Assembly: GCF_001194135.2 (NCBI RefSeq)
Contig: NC_068986.1
Coordinates: 40,352,304 to 40,416,303 of the forward strand
Length of the DNA: 64,000 bases
Origin: Octopus bimaculoides
Taxonomy: Eukaryota
Direction of reading: 5' to 3'
The notes below the pieces were generated by a model that searched no databases, was not told where the DNA came from, and saw only the letters and a list, made by a program, of their open reading frames with translations. Both the position numbers and the translations under genes were made by a program. Each line of letters opens with the position of its first letter. Position 1 is the stretch's first letter. Shown in pieces: positions 38,745 through 51,713 of the stretch.

Positions 38745-38975
38745 GTGTGTTCTTGTCTTTTCATTACATGATAGTTGTAAACGAGTGTGACTGTCATACA
38801 AGCAGTGTCCTTCATTTCCAATGTTCTGCAAGAACATGTTTGGCCATGGTGAAATATTACTTCGCTTGGAAATGAGGGTTAGCAACAGGACGAGCATCCA
38901 GCTGTAGAAAATCTGCCTTAAATATTATGTCTTCTGACTCATGCTAGCACAGAAAAGTAGACATTATGACGATGA
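38745..38975 (-). mobile_element. Family F dispersed repeat; copies at about 5390-5630(+), 8520-8750(+), 13315-13540(+), 19930-20075(-), 39905-40035(+), 40065-40320(-), 54390-54610(-), 62020-62190(-)
   Basis: Recurrent blocks ttccatgcttgcatgggtcaga, gcagattttctac..ctggatgc and gtaatatttc...ccagacatgtttt. Confidence 0.7.
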
Positions 38976-40942
38976 GTGGTGAGAATTAGGGTAACAAAGC
39001 ATGTGATATAAATATTTTGTAGTGAAAGTTCAGACTACCCAGTGTTGTTGTAGTAACAGCGGAATAAATATGGAGTATATATGTATATTTTGCTTAGGCA
39101 TTGTGAGATAGTAATAACATGGCACAGAACTCAATATACATATACTTCTGGACAAAGCATTAGTAGAGTACAGAGCAATAATAAGAAAAAAAGGTGACAA
39201 AAGAATAAATGATTATCTAATGACTTTCATTAGCTTACAGTTGTTTCCACTATAGGATGTAGTGGGCTCATAGTTGAGTGCATGAGTAACACCTTATAGT
39301 TTCATTAATCTATAGGGGAGCTTTTACATAGTTGCTTGTACCATGTTAAAATGGTATTTAATGAACATGAAATATGGAATCAATTCTCAACACAACAGAA
39401 ACTACATGTTTCAGTGTGACAGTTTACTAGAGCAATGGTGCTCAAACTGAGAAGTATCAAGTCTCCAGATCACCAAATCAACATCTTCCTCATCATTGTC
39501 ATCATTATGTTATTGCTCATTTTTCTATTGATTTGCATGAGTCAGATAGAATTTGTTGAAGCAAATTTTCTACTGTCAGAGGCCTCCATGTTGTTAACCT
39601 GCACCTGTTTTTAGGCAAACTATTTTTCCTTATGCCTGGACATCATTATCATCATCATTTAACGTCCACTCACCATGCTGGCATGGATTAGACAGTTTGA
39701 CAGGAGCTTACTCTCCGCTCTCCTGTGAGAACCACTGCATTAGACAATTATTGTATCACAGTAACAACATTGCTAGTAATTTCATTGCAAGCCTATATCA
39801 TTGTTGGTAAATTTGTCCTGCTTTTCATTCACTGAATAATACACTGATAAAATTTTTTTGAAGTTTCACTGAATAAATACATCATCATTATCATAAACAA
39901 TATCATCATCGTCATCATTTAATGTCTATTTTCCATGCTTGCATGGGTCAGACGAAATCTTTTGAGGAAATATTCTATGGCTGGATGCCTATCCTGTCAC
40001 CAACCTTCACATGTTTCCTAGCAAGAATTATTTCCCATGATCAAATGTGTGTGTGTGTGTGTGTGTTACTGTCTCCTTGCCTTGACATTGTGTGATAGCT
40101 GTAAATGAGTGTTATCTTCTTAGCAAGCTGTGTCTTTTGTTTCCAATATTCTGTGAAAACATATCTAGTCATGGGAAAATATTGCCTTGCTTGGAAACAG
40201 TTAAAGGTTGGTGGTAGGAAGAACATCCATCTGTAGAAAATTCGCATCAGCAAATTTCATCCAACTGAATGCGAACATGAAAGAGTGGACATTAAAATGG
40301 TGAAGATGATGATGAAGAAATATATGGACGTGTATGTATGTATGTGTGTGTGTGTGCATGTGTGTGTGTGCATGTGTGTGCGTGCATGTGTGTGAATGCT
40401 TGCATGCAGCAAGGGGTTTTGTTTTTCGTTTACTGCCGATATTGACTTACTTCAACCTAAAATGGTACAAATGCTGAAAGCTGGCCATTGCCCAGAAAAG
40501 TTTTATTTGAAAACAAAAAGTTCTATGATGGAATCTTCAAAAAACACCAGATGTAACCTATCTCACTGCACCCCCACTCACCCAGCCAATGCCATGTTAA
40601 GTCCTCATGACTGTATTAGTTTGGCTGTCATTATTATTATCATTATTATTATTATTCTTAGTGGGTTGAGTTATTAATGGTTGACTAAATTCGTAAATGT
40701 TGAGACATCACTCCTGGAGTATCACTTTTACCAAAAGTGAAATTCCTTGTAAATTGATAACTTTCAACTTTAGTAAACAATTAGTTATTTTTCTTTATCT
40801 TCTCTTGCTTTTTAGATTCTCTTTGTCTTAATGTTGTCTGTGAGAATAGTTTGTAGGTTAACTATGAATTCCTTTCTTTCTTGAAAAGGCATCTAGTCAA
40901 TCTCAGAAACAGTTAAACTGAAGTAGTTTATATAGCTGGTAA

Positions 40943-40975
<33 letters not shown>

Positions 40976-41149
40976 NNNNNNNNNNNNNNNNNNNNNNNNN
41001 NNNNNNNNNNNNNNNNNNNNNNNNNNNNNNNNNNNNNNNNNNNNNNNNNNNNNNNNNNNNNNNNNNNNNNNNNNNNNNNNNNNNNNNNNNNNNNNNNNNN
41101 NNNNNNNNNNNNNNNNNNNNNNNNNNNNNNNAGTTTAACTGTTTCTGAG

Positions 41150-41189
<40 letters not shown>

Positions 41190-41214
41190 ATAAATATAAA
41201 GAGAATGTGCTGTA

Positions 41215-41250
<36 letters not shown>

Positions 41251-44200
41251 GTTACAGCACATTCTCTTTAGAGTATACAGCTTGTCTTTGTTTAGAATGC
41301 CACTCTCTCTTTTTGATTTGCGAGAGCTGTGACATATGTTCTTATTTCACTCTTTAGATTAAGGTTTTACTTCTCACTAGTTTTGATGCTTTTATGAGCT
41401 TTCATTGTTGCAATTACTTCTGAAAACCTATTTTTCATCCCAGAGATGAGTTGACAAATTAGATTTTTTGGAGGTATAGCAAATCTATCCTTCGACTCTC
41501 CTCTCCACACAGTTCTTGGATGGTATTTTTTATTTCATTTACTTTGAAAGGATGAAAGGCAAAGTTGACTTTGGTGTGATATGAACCTTGAATGTAAAGA
41601 TCTGCAATGAATACCACAAGCTATTTTGTCAGATGCTCTAATGATTCTACCAATCAACCACCCTAACAATGATAATAATAATAAGGATGGTTTCAAGTTT
41701 TGCCACAAGGCCAGCAGTTTCAAGGGATGGAATGTTCATCTGGTACTTATTTTATTGACCCCAAAAGGATGAAAGACAAAGTTGGACTTCAGCAGAATTT
41801 GTACTCAGAAAGTAAAGATGGATGAAATGCCACTAGGCATTTTGCCTGGCATGCTAAAGAATCTGCCAGCTCACCACCTTACCAATAATAATAATAATAA
41901 TGGTAATCTTTTCTACTATAGGCATAAGGCCTGAATTAAAGGTAAAGTTGACCTCGGTGGAATTTGAACTCAGAACATAAGGATGGCTGAAATGCTGCTA
42001 AGTATTTTGCCTGGCATGCTAACAGATTCAGCCAGCTCACCACCTTAATAATGATAATGATTATGATAATTTGGCTCAAGGCTTGAAATTTTAGCAGGAA
42101 TTAGCTGAAATCAACAACTCTGGTATTTATAATAACTTTTAGCTTCTTGTAATAAATTTTAACTAGCTATAACCATTGTTTAGATAACTCTCATTGGCTA
42201 TAGTACCACATCAGTGTGATATAAACAGAGAAGATTATCTGAGGCTAAGCCAATATTAATAATAATGGTTTTAAACGATAGCAATTATAAGAATAGCAGT
42301 AGTAATGATAATAATGAAGATAATTAACCACAAAATGACTGTGATTTTTCACATTATTGCAATATCACAAATTTATAAGAAGTTGGTTATAGTATATTGA
42401 ATTGATCACAGTACTTGACAAGGACTTATTTTTAGGGGTGGGATGTAACAAACTTACTGTAATGAACTATAACAAATTTTTAATCACTAAATATTACACT
42501 TATAATGAAAAGAAAAAAATCATTAATGCTAATGAAAATTCTTGTCAAAAAACACAAAGTGACAATTCTGAACTCCAGAATGATTAAAAAGTGAATGGTG
42601 ATATGCTATGGGTTATGGGTCATGACTTTGGACAGATAGCACTGGTTGAATTGGAATTTTGACTGTAGGGTGAGGGAACTAAATATTGGTTTCAAATTTT
42701 GGCACAAGGCCAGCAGTTTCAGGGGTGGAGATAAGTCAGTTACATTGATCGCAGTGTTCAGTTCAACCGATACTTATTTTATCAATCCCAAAAAGATGAT
42801 AGGCAAAATTGACCCTGGTGGTATTTGGACTCAGAATGTGAAGACGGATGATATGCCGCTAAGCATCTTGCCCAGTGCATTAGTGATTCTGCCAGCTTGC
42901 TGCCTTGAGGCAACTAAGTATGGAAAAGCATTTAGTTTAGTGAACTACCATTTCTATGTTCAATAATAATTATTATTTCTAACATAATTACAGGGCCACT
43001 CAGTTTGAAGAAAGAATTAGTCAATTAAAATTACACTTTTGTAGTTGACTGGTATTTATCAGCCTAGTTGGGATTTGAGCTCAGAATCTAAGTAGTCATA
43101 AAGCATTTCGTTGACTTTTCTACTGACTCTACTATCCACTGCCCTGCAGTAATAATAATAGAAGCAAGTGAAATTATAGTTTGCAGCAAAATTCAATATC
43201 ATTATGGTAAAATCAGAAATTTGAGGAAACTGATGGCTCGTGTCATCAACAATTACTCTATAGGATAAGAATAACGAAGGAATTGATAATGGAGATAATA
43301 ATGAGTTGCTGCGAGGGTTGAAGACCAACATTTCAACCTGTTGCCTTTTATCTGAGAGTAAAGAAGGGAGAGGATTAGGGGTTGGTGTTTTGGCTGCAAG
43401 CTTGTAAATGTAGGGATTGAAGTGAAAGGATGATGTATGTTTGGAGATGTGGTATGTGAATTGAAAGGGGTGGCTTTAAGAAAAGGAAGATGACCGTAAA
43501 AGAGGGGTGTAACCATGAGAGAAGTGGTATGAGAAGGTCAGAAACTAGAATATGAGGTTGTTTTGTGATAGAGGATAGGTTTTCTAATATGCAGAATTAT
43601 TCATTTAAGCCTCAAACTTTTGTGAAGATGCTGATGCTTAAGTTTGTCTCTAAAGATGCTGATAGATGATGAGGAGTCTAAAATGGTCTTTTTTTTCTTC
43701 TTTTCACTGTTCTATCATAAACTCTCAGTGTTACTTTGAAAAGTGATAACAGAGCCAATGAGGTTTCCAATCTTTTTCCTGATTTATATACATCAATTTC
43801 TCCATGCTAGCATAAATATGATTCCCACCTCACTACTGCATATTACACACAACAGCTTTGGCATTGGTATAGTGTTAGGGAGCAATTGGTTTTTACAAAT
43901 GGATACTTTTCTCACTGCTAACCACTCAACAATGAAATGAAAGTGGAACCGGTTATCAACCAGGTAAACTGAAGCAAACAAAGTTGTTTCTTGTTCAGGT
44001 ATAGAAAATATCTGCAAGTAATGCTTGAGTAAATGACAATTAGTGGAGTTAACTTTCTTTTGCTCCAAATTATTGATTAAATTGCCTGGTTGTCCTAAGA
44101 CTTGGAACTAAAAGGCAGCAAATTTTCCTAGATTCCATAGATTTGAGAACCTCTAATATATTCTAATGAGAGTGTAAATGGAAAAGAAGCATGGTTGATT

Positions 44201-44704
44201 GAATCAATCTCCAGTTCTCGGCCGAGATGATAGTTTCCCAATTTTGGAATGAATGAATGAACAGCAAAGTCAACTTTGGTAAAATACGGAGATTAAGCTG
44301 TGTGGTTAAGAAGCTTGCTTTATGACCTCCTGGTTTCAGGTTCAGTCCCCCTGTGTGGCACTTTGGGCAAGTGAAATCTATTATAGCTCCAGGGAGACCA
44401 ATGCATCGAAGTCTACTGTGTGTGTGTATTTGTCTCTCCCACTACTTAACTTAGTGGGTCAGCAAAATAGGCCCATAAAATAAGTATCAAACTTTTTAAA
44501 AATTTGGTAAGCAGTCCAGTGATTGAAACGAGTAAAAGATAAAAAGCTATTAAGCTGGATTTTGGAACATAAATTAACATGAAATATTGATGTGATGTTT
44601 TAATTTAGATTATTTTAAAACATGAAGTTTGTAACATAGAACCAAGAGCAGTTTCAGGTGGATTGGTATCAAAGAGGTTAAACATATTAGACCACATGCT
44701 TAAT

Positions 44705-45105
44705 ACTCTCTTTTACTCTCTTATTTGTTTCAGTCATTTGACTGCAGCCATGCTGGAGCACTGCTTTAAAGTGTTTTTAGTTGGAGAAATCGACCTCAGG
44801 ACTTATTCTTTGTGAACATAGTACTTATTCTATCAGTCTTTTTTGTTGAACGGTTAAGTTACAGGGATGTAAACACACCAACATTGGTTGTAGAGCAATG
44901 GTGGGAGGGCAAACACAGATGCAAAGATATACGCACATAAACATATACATATATGCATTCATACAATGGGCTTCTTTCAGTTTCCATCTACCAGATCCTC
45001 TCACAAGGCTATAGTAGAAGATATCCAAGGTGCCATGCAGTGAGACTGAACCCTGACCCATGTGGTTGGGAAGCAAGCTTTTTACCACACAGCTACACCT
45101 GCACC
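44705..45105 (-). mobile_element. Family A SINE; further copies at about 36130-36600(-), 38240-38360(+), 44290-44550(+), 48030-48230(+), 49290-49650(-), 51480-51990(+, interrupted)
   Basis: Family diagnostic blocks as above. Coordinates are approximate. Confidence 0.85.
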
Positions 45106-46877
45106 TCTGTCAAATCTGGAATTTCTTATTTTCTTATGTGTTTCAGCTGAAACACTGACTCTTCAGAAGTTCAAATATTAACTTTATTCAGCTGTCTATC
45201 TACAACAGTCTGGGAAACTTCATCCAGCTGTCTAAAATGGTCTGTCAAAAATTACAGATACTCTACTTCCCCTTCAGGGTAAACTATATTCGCGAAGGAA
45301 GGTAACATTATAACCCACTCACACATTATTTACACTTCACAAAAACTAAACAATTAGCCAGCTAGGAGACTTCCATGTGGTTACACAGTTTGTCAGAAAT
45401 AGTAGCTGAAATTTCTCTCAAATCTGAACCTGCCACCTTGAGGATATATTGGACCATGAAGTTCCTGATATACAAAATGATAGGATGGTCAATGACTGGT
45501 ATGCTTTTGATCAGGGCTTACTTGAAGCTAAATAACAACTGCTAAATAATATTAATAATATCAAAAGGCTTTCAGAGAAATTTGTAGTTAAAATACAGCT
45601 GACGACAACCACAAGACCATTGAAAATTTTGGAGTAAAACACAGCTGAAGAACTTCATATCTAAAAGGAAGTTGGTGGGTGGGAAGCTAAGTGTTAAACA
45701 TTTCATGAGAGCTAAAATGATGGTTCAACTACCTTATCATACACATACATACAAGTACAAATTAACTTATTGGTACACACACACACACGCATGCATTCAT
45801 GTACCCATATATACACGCATATAGATATTATAAATACACATATATGTATGTATTTACTTGTGTGTGTCCATGTTTATGCTTACACTTCTTAAAAACCAAT
45901 GTAGTAATTATGTTGTGTCCAGTTGTCATTTAACTTAACAGTTCAATAAATAGAGATAAATAATATAGTACACCAGAGTGAATTGACTACTGAAGTTAAT
46001 ACAAATAGGCTAACTACCCCCCATAGCAGTAACACAATGACTAAAACTAGTAAGGGAATAACTGAATGCACGTGCACACACGCACGCACGCACACACACA
46101 CACATAGAAATGCACAGAAGGAATAAGAGTTGAAGACAAAAAAGGATAAGGGGAGAGAGAAATAAGAGAGAAAGGGGAAATTATATAGCACAATGTAACT
46201 TAAGCAATTTCCGAATGTCAACTGAAGGTATAAAAATCTCCAATGCAAGAATGGTAATTTCCATTCCAGTCTAGTGTAAGATCAAAGAGCCGCCTTCTAA
46301 CATTTTCATCTCCAATCATTGCATTCCATGAAACTTTCTATCCCTACTTCTGAGCAACAGGTGTAATTGTAAACAACAATGAGTTTTGACCTTTGACACT
46401 GACATTGATTGTATTAACATCAAAAGCCAATGTTGCTACAAGTTTGGAAATCTAGCTTCCTCAATGTGCAATATTAGATAAAACCAAAGACCCCGTTCAT
46501 AGTGCTCTGACAAGGTTGTGGGTTGGGTTACACTTTTCTTTTTCTCCCCTTTTTTTTATTATCATTTTTTTAATCTTCTTGTAAATCTCAAAACACTTTG
46601 ATTTTTCACTCTGTAGTGTATTTTACTTTGTTAAATGGACATTAGTAGAAAAACCTAACCTGTTAAGTGCTAAGTAACTGACAAAATTGTCTTGTAGAGC
46701 AATCGGTGTTTCTCATGGCAAAGAGGGGCTTGTAAAGATTGAAATAAGAACAAACAAAATAGCTATGTTCAATAAAATTAAGGTGGTTTTTAAACTTTCT
46801 GAAGCTGTCTAAATTCATGACAAATATGAAAATTTACTTGTAGTTTATATGTGTGTGTGTTTATATGTATATATTTA

Positions 46878-46938
<61 letters not shown>

Positions 46939-47009
46939 TTATATGTTTCAGTAGACCATAAATCTGAAAGAGAAGCACACTCTTAATTATAGAGCAGTAG
47001 AATATTTGA

Positions 47010-47115
47010 AGAAAGATACTTATGGCTGGTTCATGCGATTACCCAGGATTTTGTGCCCATGAAATGCTGATGCGAAACTTTGGTAACCCTGTGAACCAGC
47101 CATAACTATCTTTCT
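47010..47115. repeat. Hairpin with 34-bp arms and a 38-nt loop
   Basis: agaaagatacttatggctggttcatgcgattacc (47010-47043) versus the reverse complement of 47082-47115 (agaaagatagttatggctggttcacagggttacc): 5 differences, two of them compatible with G-U pairs. Confidence 0.85.
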
Positions 47116-47640
47116 CCCCCCTCTCTTTCTCTATATACATATATGTATATATATATATATATGCATATATATATATATATATATCTGTGGTTTTCCTTTA
47201 TGGGTAGGATCAACAAAAAATCTACTTGACCCAGTGAGAGACAAATGTTTGATAAACCTAGGATTTAAATGTGAGCTACTGTAAGTTTCATGCTCTGTTA
47301 GTACAATTGTTGGAACTGTTTGTATAGCTTGTGTAGTCTTTTGGGTTCAATATATATATATATATATATATATGAGTTTGGTGGGATATATTATCCAGCA
47401 GATACAATGATTCTCAGTTAAGCTACAGTTAATGGGTAACCACTTCACTTCGATCAGTATTTAACTTCTGTGACTACTATTAGTTGTCAGTCATTCCAGG
47501 AATTCTTCTGATGGGTAATTCTGTGTATGCTTTGCTGGATGGTAAAACTGTTTGAAGTATATACTATAATTAATAGTAAAGGGTATGCAGATTTGTTCAT
47601 CCTCAAAATTTATTTTACAATTTTATATATTATATTCTTT

Positions 47641-47685
<45 letters not shown>

Positions 47686-48549
47686 CCATTTTACTAAGGC
47701 CTGACATTATGGGGGAGGGGACTAGTTGATTACATTGATCCCAGAATTTCATTGGTACGTAGTTTAACGACCCCCAAACAGATGAAAGGCAAAGTTAACC
47801 TCAGCGGAATTTGAACTCAGAACATAGTGACAGTTGAAATGCCGCTAAGCATTTTAGCTGGTGTGCTAACAAATCTGCCAGCTTGCTGCCTTCAGATAAT
47901 AATAATCATCATAATAATAATAGTAATATATAATGTCCCAAACATATTTGAACTGATCTAAAAGTTTTTTGTTTTTTTTCAAAGCACTGCTTTGCATGCT
48001 GTCTATCTGTCTAAACACATTTTGTGTGTATGTGTGTCTGTTTGTGTTTTTGGTATATTGTTTATGATTGTGGCTTTTTATATCATGTAATTTAGCAATT
48101 CAACAAATGGAGATTGACTAAAGAAGTACCAGACTGAAACAAGTACTGAGGTTGATATAATTCACTAAAACCATTGGAGACAGGGTCTACAGTATGGCCA
48201 CAGTCCAATAACTGAAACTAGTAAAAAAATATATCTTAATAATACTGTCACATTAAATAAGTAACATGAATTACCAACACTTCTCATATAATTCAGTTAT
48301 ATAACAAAAACAATGATACAGAGTATATCAATTACAAGCAGGAACTGTAGCCAAAAGACAGAGTTTATGCAAGACAGAGTTTATGATAATGATATGGCAA
48401 CTTACTGTAACTTGTGCAAAATAAACTCATTAATTTTTAGCTTTCAAAATGAATGGTGGCCATGGATGTTTAGCTGCAGGTCAAACTTATGATCAAATGT
48501 GTTCCAGCTGTGAACATCTAATGTGTGTGCATGTATGTGCATTTACAAG

Positions 48550-48762
48550 TGCAAATGGGTGCTGAAAAGTTTCTGGCTTTGGGTAAAAGAAAATACAGGA
48601 GGATCAGTTAATTATGATTTTATGCAACATATTCCTGCCCCTCTCAGATTCATATACTTGTTGCAGATGTCTTTCAGTTTTTCTAAGCCCTGCAAAAGAA
48701 CTTGAAAGGTTGGGCATCCAACGAGGCCTTTTCAGCCAGGAACTTTTCAGGACCCCCTCATA
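48550..48762. mobile_element. Mariner-type MITE copy
   Basis: gggtgctgaaaagtttctggcttt ... agccaggaacttttcaggaccccctcata; the interior matches the other copies. Confidence 0.85.
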
Positions 48763-51555
48763 AGTACAGACAGTGTACCAAGGACTACATGCAAACTTCC
48801 TTTTTTTCAAAAAAAATATTTGGCAAGACTTGTCTGCTATTTCTAAAAGCTTGCTTTTTTATTTCATGTTCTGGCGCCCATTTACTTTTCATTTCACTAG
48901 GTGCATCAGAACGCATACAATAGATCCCTGGAATGTGTTCAAGGGGCAAGAATTTTAATCTATTGGATTGTAAGGCCATAAACAAATGGTCTTGATTAAA
49001 TGCATCTGAGGTGAAATGGGATGGGGGTTATCCTGGGAGTGCTCATCAACCAAGTATATTCTGAAGAAGAATTAACATACCATCCGTGCACACTAATGAA
49101 CTGAAGTACCTCACCAGTTCTACTGAAATGCTGCTAACTAGAACCATGAGTTATTCCTATCCTGCAACATTTGTTTTCAACTAGATAGGCAAGGCCATTT
49201 GAGAGATGAACGTTTTGCCTCTTGACCCAAAGTAGTGCAGGTTACAGGATGCAAATAAACTGATAATCTTTCAGTTATTTTTTTTAGTAAACAATTATCT
49301 TTTACTTGTTCCAGTCATTGGACTGTAGTTTGTTAAGGCTCTGCCTTGAAGGGTTTAGTAATGGAACAAATTAACACCAGTACTTATTTTTCAAAAGTCT
49401 GTTACTTATTCTATCAATCTCATTTACCGAAACCGTTACGTTACTGGGATGTAAACAAACCAACACTGGTTGTCAAACAGTTGAGGACACACATATACAC
49501 ACACATGATGGACTTCTACTCAGTTTCCATTTATCAATATTCCCTCACAAAGTATTGGTTAGCCTGTTGGTTGGTCTGGACCAGTAGGAGAAGATACTTG
49601 CCAAAGGTGCTGCATAGTGGGACTGAACCTGAAACCATGTGGTTACAAAGCAAACATTGTCTAAAGCAACAGCTTTTGTTTTTAATTCCAACAACAATAT
49701 GGTAACAAAAGGGTTAATGGGAAGAGAAAAGCAGACATGATTCAAGGGTCTAGGCTAGAAGTGTTAATCTGCCAGCAAGTTCAGACATATGGAGACCATT
49801 GTAGTAGTAGTAGTAATAGCAGAAGCAGAGAGAACTTGGCTCAATTATGAAGAAGACATGAGGTGAGTGAAGATGTATTCATGAACTACAGAAAAGGTAT
49901 TGGTTAAGTTAGCATTAATTAGCATGACAATAGTAAATATCCTTTCCACTATTACACATGTGAGCAGTGACACATAAGATAGCAGTGTTAATGAATATTT
50001 TCTATAAGACACAATGTAATGCAAAGACAGTATTTTGTGTTTGCCAAGGGAGTTGAAGGATTTGCTTATTTTTCTCCCGATTTGCTTTCAGATTCAGTTC
50101 TAACTTTCCAGAATATGACTTGCATTTAAGAATGCATTGAATGAAAGTATTAACTTGTAGCCAAAAGATAAATATATTATTAACTTAACTGAGTGAGAAA
50201 GGAGTATAAATGTGCCAAGACGGTAGTTCATTTGAAAAACAAGCAACAACAGATTTTAGTTGTTGGTGCTGCCAAATATAGGTTCAAAGAGAAATCAATA
50301 AAAGAATGGTTAGATTCAATTCTATGTTCAATAGAAAGATATCAGTTCAGAAGAATAATAACACACAGTTCAAGAAAACTTCATTTATGTGAATAGTAAC
50401 TAGTTAATGTAATTCAGATGCTGTTTTCTTAAGCAAAGTAGCATAGTTACTATAAAAGCTTTATATTTCTATAGGTGTTTTCTCCAACTGTGCAGGTACC
50501 ATAGAAATGTGATAATTATCCAGCAAGTAATGTATATGTCTTTCAACTATAGGCACAAAGCCTGAAATTTTGGGAAAGATGCTAGTCAATGACATTGACC
50601 CCAGTATGTGACTAGTACTTATTTTATTGACCTTGAAAGGATGAAAAGTATAGCCAACCTTGATGGAATTTGAACTTAGAACGTAAACAATTTGAAGAAA
50701 TGTTGCTTAGCATCTTGTCTAACATGCTAACAATTTTGCTAGCTCACCACTTTAGCAAGTAATGAAATTTATATGTTCATTCTCCAGCTGAGATGTTTTA
50801 TTTCATGTCATCTTGTCCCTCTGTTTTCCAGCTGATTCTATGTAATTCACATTTGTCTAAGTCAAGCATTCCTCTTTGGGACCAGAAATTACTTGAGGCT
50901 TCAACGATTACTGATCCTCAGTAAAGTTCAGGTGAAACTTGAGTGATCTCACATCTTGGAGGATGCAGCTGCTGCATTTTAGATCACATATCCTATACAT
51001 TCTGGATCACATTCAAAGAAAGTGCAGCTGACAGATTTGCATGAAGTTGCTCCAACCTCTGAACCACAAATGTGTTGTATCCTCTCTCTCTGCCTTCTCT
51101 ATTGCTTTTTAAGGCTTCTGCACCTTAGAGCTAACTGTGTTTGTATCACTTCCATTCAAGCACACTTGAGTATCTCTCCCTCTTTTCATCATCACCCTCT
51201 AATGTCTGTTTTCCTTGCTGGCATGAGTTCGATGGTTTGACAGGAGTTGGCTAGCAAGAGAGCTGCACCAGATTCCAATTGTCTGTTTTGACATTTTTGG
51301 CTTCGTAAATAACATGTGGAAGTATAACAAGCAGTAGTGTCATTGGCCAATAAGAGGGTTTCTACTTGGTTGCTCAACTTAAAACAAAATAGCAACCAAA
51401 TTTTCCTCACATCACACCCTACTACCTTAAAAAAGAAAGGCTGGTCATAATTGGAATGTCTTTGATCATATGCCTACTTATAAGTGGATTTGGTAAATGG
51501 ACACTGAAACAAGCCCGTCTATATATATATATATATATCTATATATATATATATA

Positions 51556-51713
51556 TTCTCCGTGTTTTTCTCCTTGTCTCCGTATTCTTTCTGTTGAAGA
51601 GCGTAGCTCGAAACGTCAAAGACTTTCCGTATTCCCGAGCGTCATACTAATATATACTTTTGTTATTTACACCACCTGTCCTCGTCTGTTGTTATTATTT
51701 GTATATTCTCCCA
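51556..51713 (+). mobile_element. Solo Penelope-type 3' tail (pseudo-LTR) inserted in the (TA)n tract of a SINE
   Basis: Clearly similar to 34670-34826 (ctgttgaagagcgtagctcgaaacgtcaaagacttt...tacaccacctgtc...ttctcccatatat). It is flanked on both sides by (TA)n within a family A SINE. Confidence 0.75.
51586..51622 (+). ncRNA. Minimal type I hammerhead ribozyme-like motif (variant core)
   Basis: TCTTT-CTGTTGA-A-GAGC(GTA)GCTC-GAAAC-GTC-AAAGA. Stem I is TCTTT/AAAGA, stem II is GAGC/GCTC, followed by the GAAA core, a palindromic ACGT stem III and a GUC cleavage triplet. The core differs from CUGANGA at A6. Confidence 0.6.

Noticed and set aside
43253-43516. Minus-strand ORF with a PFL...FNSH motif resembling a LINE AP endonuclease
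   Set aside because: The resemblance is too short and degenerate to call without a profile search.
48900-48975. Good acceptor and GTAAGG donor enclosing an open 69-nt frame
   Set aside because: Phase 0-0 is incompatible with the LDLa exon, the peptide is not recognisable, and there is no other support.
49790-49868. Perfect donor GAG|GTGAGT at 49862/49863 with a short upstream ORF
   Set aside because: The phase-1 frame needed to join the LDLa exon contains a stop, and there is no good acceptor. At most this is an untested UTR exon.
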